NCBI RefSeq assembly: GCF_006345805.1
Contig: NW_021825759.1
Location: 1-14,926 of the forward strand
Source of the DNA: Octopus sinensis
Taxonomy: Eukaryota
Reading direction: 5' to 3'
Length of the DNA stretch: 14,926 nucleotides
Made by a program: the position numbers and the translations under genes. The notes below the pieces were generated by a model. The model had not been told where the DNA came from. It did not search any database and saw only the letters and a program-made list of their open reading frames with translations. This document shows, piece by piece, positions 1 to 9,296 of this stretch (position 1 is the stretch's first letter; each line of letters begins with the position of its first letter).

Positions 1-134
1 CGGCAAAGGAAACCGATAGACCAAGTATTCAGTTTTCCAAAAATGTCATGGGATCGATTCCTTCGACCAAAACCCTCCATGCCGGTGCCCCAGCATGACC
101 GGAGTCTAATGACTGAAACAAGTTAAGGGAAAAG
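1..134 (+). mobile_element. Diverged 3' part of composite tRNA-derived SINE (family B tail), truncated by the window edge
   Basis: CGGCAAAGGAAACCGATAGA...GGATCGATT..TTCGAC...GGTGCCCCAGCATGACC..AGTCTAATGACTGAAACAAGT parallels the tails at 3325-3555, 6455-6659 and 14461-14664. Confidence 0.75.
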
Positions 135-232
135 TCAAGAGCTACTGTACTTCTCTCGGAGAAGTCGTTGTCCTAACGAAAGGCGCTCAAACCGTGACCA
201 TCATGTCTTTTGTTCAGTGCCTCTCTAGGACT

Positions 233-1337
233 ACTTTGCCTTTCATCCTTTCGGGGTCGATTAAATAAGTACCAGTTACGCACTGGGGTCGATGTAATCG
301 ACTTAATCGTTTGTCTGTCCTTGTTTGTCCCCTCTATGTTTAGCCCCTTGTGGGTAGTAAAGAAATAGGTATTTCGTCTGCCGTTACGTTCTGAGTTCAA
401 ATTCCGCCGAGGTCGACTTTGTCTTTCATCCTTTCGGGCTCGATTAAACAAGTACCAGTTACGCACTGGGGTCGATATAATCGACTTAATCCCTTTGTCT
501 GGCCTTGTTTGTCCCCTCTATGTAAGCCCCTTGTGGGTAGTAAAGAAATAGGTATTTTGTCTGCCGTTACGTTCTGAGTTCAAATTCCACCGAGGCCGAC
601 TTTGCCTTTCATCCTTTCGGGGTCGATTAAATAAGTACCAGTTACGCACTGGGGTCAATGTAATCGACTTAATCCGTTTGTCTGTCCTTGTTTGTCCCTT
701 CTGTGTGTAGCCCCTTGTGGGTAGTAAAGAAATAGGTATTTCCTCAGCTGCTACGTTCTGTGTTCAAATTTCGCCGAAGTCGACTTTGCCTTTCATCCTT
801 TCGGGGTCGATTAATTAAGTACTAGTTACGCACTGGGGTCGATGTAATCGACTTAATCCGTTTGTCTGTCCTTGTTTGTCCCCTCTGTGTTTAGCCCCTT
901 GTGGGCAGTAAAGAAATAGGTATTTCGTCTGCCGTTACGTTCTGAGTTCAAATTCCGCCGAGGTCGACTTTGCCTTTCATCCTTTCGGAGTCGATAAATT
1001 AAGTACCAGTTACGCACTAGGGGCGATGTAATCGACTTAATCCGTCCGTCTGTCCTTGTTTGTTCCCTCTATGTTTAGCCCCTTGTGGGCAATAAAGAAA
1101 TAAGAAACTTTAGAACGCCGGGCGAAATGCTTAGCAGTTTTTCGTCTGTCTTTACGTTCTGAGTTTAAATTCCGCCGAGGACGACTTTGCCTAACATCCT
1201 TTCGGGGTCGATAAGATAAGTACCAGTTGCGCACTGGGGTCGATGTAATCGACTTAATCCGTTTGTCTGCCCTTGTTTGTCCCCTCTGTGTTTAGCCCCT
1301 TGCTTATTGCCCTTGTGGGCAATAAAGAAATAAGAAA
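233..1337 (+). repeat. Head-to-tail tandem array of six units of a tRNA-derived SINE (family A; Meta/MESC-like central domain)
   Basis: The motif ACTTTG(C/T)CT recurs at 233, 416, 599, 783, 967 and 1184 (periods 183, 183, 184, 184, 217). Units 2-6 carry a B-box-like GAGTTCAAATTCC (one-base variants in two units); all carry the CCTTTCATCCTTTCGGGGTCGAT..AAGTACCAG domain. A full-length copy with its head is at 13955-14190. The domain name is from recall. Confidence 0.9.
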
Positions 1338-1654
1338 ATGTCCACTGAAATAATGAAATAAATGACCACCACAACATGGACTCTGCAGATCAGATGTCAT
1401 GCACAACACAGCTCACATTATGAACATAATACGCACAGTAATACAATAAGACTCCCGTCGACACTTTCGTTCCGCAAAATAACAAACGTACAGGTGTAAT
1501 ACAATACTGGAAAAAATTTGAGCCCCGCAAGATAACAACGCACAATGCTGCACATACTTCTGCTCCACGGAAGCCAAGCAGGTGGCGCAGTAGGAATTTA
1601 CCTGAAGCTCTCAAATGTCGAATAATGATGATAATGATGGTGATGATAATTTTA

Positions 1655-1790
1655 ATTCTTTTTACTAAAGGTACAAGGCTTGGAATTTGGTGGGAGGGGC
1701 TTAGACGATTACATCGACCCCCAGTGTTTAGCTGGTACTTATTCTCTCAACCTCGAAAGGATGAAAGGCAAAGCCGACCCCAGCGGAATT
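1655..1790 (-). mobile_element. 5'-truncated SINE sharing the family A central domain but with a variant 3' tail
   Basis: GATTACATCGACCCCCAGTG..CTGGTACTTATT..CGAAAGGATGAAAGGCAAAGCCGACC..GCGGAATT is the reverse complement of the array unit core. The (ATG/AAT) repeats at 1621-1650 lie at its 3' end. Confidence 0.8.
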
Positions 1791-1806
1791 TATCTATCTA
1801 CCTATC

Positions 1807-2860
1807 TGGCACCGCGAGTGTCGCGTTGCTCTCAAGCAACTCTGCCGTCCTGGGTCGACCTTGAGTGACTTCAACACAACCAAAGCATTCTATAGGGGTT
1901 TAGTGGAGGGGAGGTACGGACGACGAGCTCGGGGCGAACCTGGACGTCGACGAGGAGTACCTGACCCGCTGTTCGGGACGACTTTCGGGCCAGGGCCCAT
2001 GGACACTTCCAGAGATCCCTGGCCTGGCAGTGCTACCGAGAAGCGCTACCCGTTCGGGATAAGCTCTACAGACACGGCTCGAGAAACACGGGGCCGACCT
2101 GCCCGAGATGCGGTCAGAGCGACGAAACCGTTCTGCACGCACTCGTGCAGTGTCCAACAATTCCGACTTGTGGGCTTATGTCGAACAACTGCTGTCACGT
2201 GTGGGACGAGTCGGTTTATCAGCTGAGTCTATCGTCAATATTGTCACGCCTCCCTCCTTCAAACGGGAAGGAGGAGCTATTTTCATCATCCTTGTGGCTA
2301 TGGCGAAAGAATGTATCTGGTGGACGCGTCTGAAAGGATTGGAGACAAACACTTTCCTCTCTGGTCAATCTCTCATCACTTCTCAAGTACCACTTGAAAA
2401 GGAAAGTGAGAGTAGAGAGGCAAGTTTTGTCTAGCGAATTTTAAAAAAAGATGGGTGAATGTAGCAAGAATGGCACGTATGAATGACGAAGCCACCTTGA
2501 GCATGATCCTATGAACCCAGAAATTGAAAACAGAGAGTTGCTTATTCGCAAAAAAAAAAAAAAAGAAATATAACATGTGACTCCATTGACGAGGTTACCG
2601 TGGTCTTTTCGTAGGCTTTTCTTTCCACGGGTAAACTCACCTGTCCTCCCCTTTACACTCATATTGACATTTCTGTGATAACGATCCCTATGATCATTTT
2701 TTTCCCTCTCCCCCTTCCCCCCCTTTTTTTGTCCTCTTCTCTCCTTTTACGATCCCCTTTGATCGAAACTCTCCCTTCCATTTTTTTAAAACTTCAAAAG
2801 AAAGCTCTACCTTGTAATTTGTTCTATCTGTGTGCAGCCCTGTGTGGCTAATAAAGAAAC
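1807..2860 (+). mobile_element. 5'-truncated, frameshifted Tx1/L1-clade non-LTR retrotransposon: ORF2 C-terminus (about 1807-2514) plus 3' UTR
   Basis: Stitching frames gives WHRECRVALKQL..TTKAFYRGLV..FQRSLAWQCYREALPVRDKLYRHG..TCPRCGQSDETVLHALVQCPTI-DLWAYVEQLL..AIFIILVAMAKECIWWTR..KRWVNV..MIL* (stop 2512-2514). The C-x2-C-x8-H-x4-C knuckle preceded by an F..W..LP motif is typical of the zf-RVT end of L1/Tx1 ORF2. The pyrimidine-rich 3' UTR ends in AATAAAGAAAC followed by (ATCT)n. Confidence 0.85.
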
Positions 2861-3320
<460 letters not shown>

Positions 3321-3324
3321 TGCG

Positions 3325-3555
3325 TTTGTGGTTTTGTGCTTGACTTGTCTTTCCTCGCCACTGCTTCAAAACTAGTGTTGGCCTGTTTACTTCTCCGTAA
3401 CTTAGCGGCTTGGCAAATGACCCCGATAGAATTTAGTACCAGGCGCAAAGAAAAATAAAGTAGCCGGGTCGATTTGTTCGACTAAACTCTTGAAGGCGGT
3501 GCTCCAGCATGGTCACACTTCAATGTCTGAAACAATTAAAAGCCAAACGATAAAA
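3325..3555 (+). mobile_element. Diverged family B SINE tail
   Basis: CCGTAACTTAGCGGCTTGGCAAA..CCGATAGAA.TTAGTACCAGG..GGGTCGATTTGTTCGACTAAA..GAAGGCGGTGCTCCAGCATGG..TGAAACAA matches 14461-14664. Confidence 0.8.
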
Positions 3556-3886
3556 CATACGTCTCTACACCCAGTTGTTTCGACATATCAGTCAATCTAC
3601 GTTTGTGTATTTGGTCATTGAAGGTATTATATGATGTCGCCTGTCAGAACGTGTACAGTTTTAGGTGGAATGATGTCATCTGTGTAGGTTGAAAAGGAGT
3701 TAAAGCTCCACTGCTCAACCGTTCCTTTGTCAAGGACACCTAATATTTAAACAGGTTCTTCCCTCTGAATCTAGTTTTTTTTTTTTAAGATTTGTCTACT
3801 GAAAAAACAAACAAACGAAAGACAGCAAAAATGACAACACCAACAAAAACAAAAATATAACAAAACACAAGCTGCTCTGCTGATAA

Positions 3887-4385
3887 TAGTCCATAAAATA
3901 GGATTTGACTACACCTCCATATAGAGCACAATTTAAGCTATCTTTTCATGGAAGAAGGTTTATGTTCCTATAACCTGTGTTAATTCTGTAACCCTTTAAA
4001 ATGGAAGATAAGAAAGTTCATTTTCGGCATTTGATGCTTTGGGAACCAGACAAAAATTGCTGCAGCTCGGCTGGGATGTGTTACCTCACTCTCCATATTC
4101 ACCAGATATTGCTCCTTCGGATTTCCACTTATTCAGATCTCTGCAGAATAGTCTTTATGGTAAAAATTTCAATTCCTTGGATGACGTAAAAAGATACCTT
4201 GATGAATTCTTTATCATGAAACCACGTCAATTCTGGGAAGAGGGTATTTTCAAGTTAAAGGAAAGATGGAGATGCATTATGCAACAAATACTTCATATTT
4301 GGTTGATTAAAAATGTAATGGCAAGTATTTATTGACCTTTTTCTTTCCTTTTAAAATCGGCACGAACTTTCCAGACAACCCAATA
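3887..4385 (+). mobile_element. Internally deleted mariner (Tc1/mariner DD34D) transposon with its 3' terminal inverted repeat
   Basis: N-terminal MEDKKVHFRHLMLW (ATG at 4001) is fused near 4044 to C-terminal TRQKLLQLGWDVLPHSPYSPDIAPSDFHLFRSLQNSL..GIFKLKERWR. The YSPD(L/I)APSD motif is diagnostic of mariner. It ends in the TIR-like AAAATCGGCACGAACTTTCCAGACAACCCAATA (4353-4385). No 5' TIR is visible. Confidence 0.92.
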
Positions 4386-4611
4386 AATTAGGGTACAGTT
4401 GGGGGCATTAAAATGTGAACGCTGTTTTGCATAGGTATATACACAGTATTTGAATGCGAGCGACAATTAGTTTCAAGCTGTGGAAACACGTGAATTCAGC
4501 AGGTTTATATATCATGTCTTGTGTCTCCCAGCAATTCTTCAGGATCGAGCGTGCAACATGGCAACAATGTCATAGATTAATGTAGGAATTTAAAGGATAA
4601 GCGTAGAGCCA

Positions 4612-4670
4612 GAAAGATGGAGAAGCATTGGGCAACAAAATGGTTCATATTTGGTTGATTAAACCCAATA
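4612..4670 (+). mobile_element. Miniature second fragment of the same mariner (C-terminal codons plus terminal bases)
   Basis: GAAAGATGGAGAAGCATTGGGCAACAAAATGGTTCATATTTGGTTGATTAA (ERWRSIGQQNGSYLVD*) resembles 4261-4310 and is followed directly by ACCCAATA. Confidence 0.7.
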
Positions 4671-4787
4671 CAATCTGTAAGTGGAGCAGTAAAAAGTTCA
4701 GCATGTAACAATGGTTTTGTGGCCATATTCTGACAATGGAGCTTTGATTCTTTTTTTAGAAATCAACTCGTTCCTCTAAGAAGAAAG

Positions 4788-5222
4788 CACACACACACAG
4801 ACACACACACACACACACGCAAACACACACGCACACATACACACACATATATACACATACACACACATACACACACATACATATACACACACACGCACGC
4901 ATACACACACATACACACACACACACGCATATACACAAACACATACAAACACACATACACACACACGCATACATACACACACACGCACACATATACACAC
5001 ACGCACACACACATACACACACACATACACACACATACATATACACACACACGCACGCATACACACATACACACACACACACGCATACACACAAACACAT
5101 ACAAACACACATACACACATACACACATACACACATACACACACACGCACACACATACACACATACACACATACACACACACATTATTCATACATATACA
5201 TACATACATCTATATATACATA
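4788..5222. repeat. Imperfect (CA)n/(CATA)n microsatellite
   Basis: Direct reading. Confidence 0.97.
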
Positions 5223-5240
5223 TATAGGCAGTAAGAAATG

Positions 5241-5368
5241 GGGTAATATAGTGTGTGTGTATGTGTGTGTATGTGTGTGAGATTGAGATAGAGAGAGGGA
5301 GAGAGGGGGAGTAAGCGGGAGAGATAGAGGGAGAAAGAAAGAGAGAGGGAGAGAGAAAGAGAGAGAGA
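5241..5368. repeat. (GT)n followed by imperfect (GA)n
   Basis: Direct reading. Confidence 0.9.
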
Positions 5369-5456
5369 TTAACAATGACAGTTTACCTGAACTTGGCTTC
5401 GGTTCGGTGATCTCAAGTTTTCTATGACACATGCAACTCTTACCTGCACCTACGAT

Positions 5457-5569
5457 GGTGGTGGTGGTGGCGGTGGTGGTGGTGGGGACGTAGTCATAAC
5501 AATGGAAATTGCTTTGTAGTAGTAGTAGTAGTTGTGGTGGTGGTGGTGGTGGTAGTAGTAGTAGTAGTA

Positions 5570-5602
<33 letters not shown>

Positions 5603-5630
5603 ATAGTAGTAGTAGTAGTAGTAGTAGTAA

Positions 5631-5666
<36 letters not shown>

Positions 5667-5735
5667 TGGTATTAGTAGTAGTAGTAATAGTAGTAGTGGT
5701 AGTAGTGGTAGTAGTAGTAGTAGTAGTAGTGGTAT

Positions 5736-5767
<32 letters not shown>

Positions 5768-5943
5768 CTAGTAGTAGTAGTAGTAATAGTAGTAATAGTA
5801 GTAATAGTAGTAGTAGTAGTGGTGGTGGTGTTGGTAGTAGTAGTAGTAGTAGTAGTAAGAGTAGTAATAGTAGTAGTAGTAGTGGTGGTGGTGGTGGTAG
5901 TTGCAGTAGCAGTAGTAGTAGTAGTAGTGGTAGTAGTAGTAGC
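5457..5943. repeat. (GGT)n/(TAG)n trinucleotide microsatellite
   Basis: Direct reading. It produces the poly-S, poly-V, poly-L and poly-Y ORFs. Confidence 0.97.
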
Positions 5944-6339
5944 AAAGATGAAAGAAGTTGTTGGGGGTATTGGTTATCATAGACGTTTAACCCTAGGCCA
6001 AACCATACAGGACAAGCCTTATGTTTAACAATAACCAAGCCGTGGAACTCAAGGACCATATTACCCAGCATGCCCTCCCCCATCATCCTTTCAACTAATT
6101 AAGGGTCCGTGGCCCCTAAAAAACCCCACTGGAGTCCTGTTATAGGCTTGGCTGTGGTTGTGTGTTTCAGAAGATTGCTTCCATCCGCGTACAGGTGCTA
6201 TGGGTTATTTCCTTGGGTGTTTAAAAAAAAAGAGAAATTAGCTATTTGAGGTAGATACAAAAGTCCCTTCCAAGGGCCATATTATCGACATTTTTCAACA
6301 ATTTAAGTACGTCATGAGGCTTCCAGACATGGGTTCTAA

Positions 6340-6420
6340 TCACATGTCTAGTTTCATCAAAATCAATAAAACGATGTAGGAGGAGTTAGCTAACAACGCC
6401 ACAAACAAACACACACCGGT
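6340..6420 (+). mobile_element. Possible fragment of a non-autonomous rolling-circle element (DINE-1/Lep1/HINE-like core)
   Basis: AGTTTCATCAAAATC..GTAGGAGGAGTT..ACAAACAAACAC resembles the recalled core-plus-microsatellite of such elements. No termini were identified. Confidence 0.3.
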
Positions 6421-6454
6421 TTTCCACACACGTGTGTGTGTGTGTGTGTGTGTG

Positions 6455-6659
6455 AATTGTTGTATGTGTGTGTTTGTCCTCCCACCATCGCTTGGCAAAC
6501 GATGCTGGTGTGTTTACGTCCCCGTAATCTAGCGGTTGGGCAAAAGCGACCGATAGAATAAGTACTAGGCTCACAAAGAGTAAGTCCTGGGGTCGATTTG
6601 CGCCACTGAAGGCGGTGCTCTAGCATGGCCGCAGTCAAATGACTGAAAAGAATAAAAGA
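6455..6659 (+). mobile_element. Family B SINE tail (inverted duplicate of 7313-7518)
   Basis: Shares private variants with the 7313-7733 copy, e.g. CAGTGGCGCAAATCG and CATACAACAATTCA on the opposite strand. Confidence 0.9.
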
Positions 6660-6934
6660 CTACAGGTACGATTTTGTGTCTCTGTAGTGTGTGTCACGCA
6701 CACACACACACACACCAGCCTTACCATTTAGCAACCGGTGCCGGTTTGTTTACGTTATTATTAGCTAGCGTTTCAGTAAAAAGTGAGCTAGAGAATAACT
6801 AGCTCATGGAGTCATTTAGCTCGACAATGACCTTTCAGTCAGTGACCTATTAACCATTATTCAACGAGAAATATGCTTTCCTTGAGAGATGAAACTGGAA
6901 AAACTAGTATTATTTCTATTCGTTTATTTAATCA

Positions 6935-7063
6935 ACTTGGTTGTGATGCATGTGCCTGGTGTACCCTTATCAGACGGGTAGTCATGATGGGTATATTGGG
7001 CTTCGTATATTTTACCCCAGTGTCACTTTGATGGCATGCACTGCTCTCTCACTCAATAATAAT
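6935..7063 (+). mobile_element. Probable 3' end of a LINE with a stem-loop and (AAT)n tail
   Basis: Ends in a CAGTG...CACTG stem-loop, then CTCTCTCACTC and AATAATAAT. I recall it as an abundant octopus LINE terminus; not verified. Confidence 0.5.
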
Positions 7064-7312
7064 ACTAGTTTTTCCAGTTTCATCTCTCAATGAAAGCATA
7101 TTTCTCGTTGAATAATGGTTAATAGGTCACTGACTGAAAGGTCGTTGTCGAGCTAAATGACTCCAGGAGCTAGTTATTCTCTAGCTCACTTTTTTACTGA
7201 AACGTTAGCTAATAATAACGTAAACAAACCAGCACCGGTTGTTAAATGGTAAGGCTGGTGTGTGTGTGTGTGCGTGACACACACTACAGAGACACAAAAT
7301 CGTACCTGTAGT

Positions 7313-7515
7313 CTTTTACTCTTTTCAGTCATTTGACTGCGGCCATGCTGGAGCATCGCCTTCAGTGGCGCAAATCGACCCCAGGACTTTTACTCTTTGT
7401 GAGCCTAGTACTTATTGTATCGGTCCCTTTTGCCGAACCGCTAAGTTACGGGGACGTAAACACACCAGCATCGTTTGTCAAGCGATGGTGGGAGGACAAA
7501 CACACACATACAACA

Positions 7516-7570
<55 letters not shown>

Positions 7571-7733
7571 CGACAGGCTTCTTTCAGTTTCCGTCTACCA
7601 AATCTACTCACAAGACTTTGGTCGGCCCGAGGCTATAGTAGAGGACACTCGGGCAAGGTGCCAAGCAGCGGGACTGAACCCGGAACCATGTGGTTGGTAT
7701 GCAAGCTACTTACCACACAGCCACTCCTGCGCC
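7313..7733 (-). mobile_element. Full-length composite tRNA-derived SINE (family B): tRNA-like head, internal microsatellite, tail
   Basis: The minus strand reads GGCGCAGGAGTGGCTGTGTGGTAAG (A-box-like)...GGTTCAGTCCC (B-box-like)..., then (TA)/(TG) at about 7519-7570, then the tail ending GACTGAAAAGAGTAAAAG. Same layout as 14191-14664. Confidence 0.88.
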
Positions 7734-8278
7734 TGTGTGTATATATATATATAAATATATAAATATATATATATACATATAGGCGCAGGAGTGGTTGATG
7801 TATGTCTATATATATATATATATATGTATATATATTTATATTTTAACCATATCGTGCTTATGGGGTGTTTTGGCGGGCAATTTAACTGGCCGTGTGCATA
7901 CGTACATATGTATGTATGTATGGACGTTCGTATATGTAAGTATATCGTTTGTTCTGCATATATATATCTGTATTTATGTACTCTTGATATTCAATTGATG
8001 ACGGTAAAGCTTATTTAAAAGCAAACCAGAATCCTGGATCTTGAATTATTCAATACTTTTGCTTGTCTTTTAGGTCCCTCTGTCTTATCTCATAGTACGA
8101 TATGAACATTTAACGTGATTTTATAGTCAGAGTTTCGACTGCTATTCGCAATGGTGGTGTCTGTCAGACACCCTCATTTTTAATTGTAAAAAATTATTAC
8201 CTTTGTACGGTATTTTTTCCCATGCTGGCCACTTGATAATATCGATATTTAAATTCGATATAATCCTCATTTATAAAT

Positions 8279-8478
<200 letters not shown>

Positions 8479-8970
8479 CTTTTGCAACATACACTATAAT
8501 AAACTCCAGGGGAATTAACTCATTCTTTAATAATTATAAATGGGGTACCAAAGGTTATTTCCCTTCGGACGACATCGTCGTGGAGGTCTTGTATACGTGT
8601 GATCTACATATATATTTGCGCATGAATTCCAACGTGTAGCTAATTTGAAAATGTTTTCAAAGATCGGGTTAAATACAAATATACACATCATTCACACTTT
8701 GATACATAATACATACATAAACACTTACATACACACTTACGTACATAGCTACAAATGAACACGATACCTGGGACTATAAAAAAAAACTGCAAGATTTTAG
8801 GATTTAAAGGATGAAGGTTAGAGATACTTTTTTGAACAGCCTCGCTACCAAGGAGGTGAACGGTTAAAATTTACTTTAAATTAAAAAGAAAAGGAGCATA
8901 GACACACACAGATGTATTATATATATATATATATATATATAATCAAAATAAGCAACAAGACTGACTCCGG

Positions 8971-9061
8971 TAATTTGGTACGATCGTTTCGTACTACAAT
9001 CATTTTATAAACGTTGTAAGTATTCACCAGTTTAAAATGCTGAGCACTCATCAGACAATTA
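8971..9061 (-). ncRNA. Type I hammerhead ribozyme, copy 1 (closing pair of stem I mismatched)
   Basis: Minus strand: UAAUUGU-CUGAUGA(9054-9048)-GUGCU...AGUAC-GAAA(8990-8987)-CGAUCG-UA^CCAAAUUA. The U opposite C next to the core suggests impaired activity. Confidence 0.7.
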
Positions 9062-9203
9062 TAGAGTTTTCCATTAATACAAAAATTTTCATATCAAGTG
9101 GCAAACATTATAGAGAAGGTAGATACATAGACAAAGAGGTGGATTTAAATTTTAAGAACATTTGAGGTAGTGAAGCCCATTTTGTATTAATGGAAAACCT
9201 CTA

Positions 9204-9296
9204 TAATTGGCTGATGAGTGCTCAGCATTTTAAAAGTGTTGTAATACTTACAACATTTAATAAAATGATGTAGTACGAAACGATCGTACCAAATTA
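9204..9296 (+). ncRNA. Type I hammerhead ribozyme, copy 2 (core intact)
   Basis: Stem I UAAUUGG(9204-9210) pairs with CCAAAUUA(9289-9296), one bulge. CUGAUGA is at 9211-9217. Stem II GUGCU(9218-9222) pairs with AGUAC(9272-9276) and extends into a long hairpin. GAAA is at 9277-9280, followed by palindromic stem III ACGAUCGU. The GUA triplet at 9286-9288 predicts cleavage after 9288. Confidence 0.82.

Larger units (their letters stand above)
6432..7541. repeat. Inverted duplication: arms about 6432-6914 and 7058-7541, 143-bp spacer
   Basis: Manual reverse-complement alignment gives about 16 substitutions and 3 small indels over about 480 bp (roughly 95% identity). It includes unique flank plus a SINE tail. 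Confidence 0.95.

Noticed and set aside
233-1337. Array as a CRISPR locus or a hammerhead retrozyme tandem
   Set aside because: There are no unique spacers and no cas genes, and the context is eukaryotic. No CUGANGA...GAAA fold is present in the unit on either strand; the single CTGAGGA near 741-747 on the minus strand has no stems.
1338-1620. Non-repetitive stretch with a 74-aa minus-strand ORF
   Set aside because: No recognisable protein motif, element termini or second copy.
3569-3592. Minus-strand CUGAUAUGUCGAAAC as a minimal hammerhead
   Set aside because: The core reads CUGAUAU rather than CUGANGA, and the stems do not form.
4756-6086. ORFs of 134-300 aa (VCVC, poly-L, poly-S, poly-V)
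   Set aside because: Translations of CA and TAG microsatellites with no domain content.
8122-8172. Minus-strand GCAGUCGAAACUCUGAC and the palindrome GGTGTCTG-T-CAGACACC as a hammerhead
   Set aside because: No CUGANGA core and no valid NUH site.
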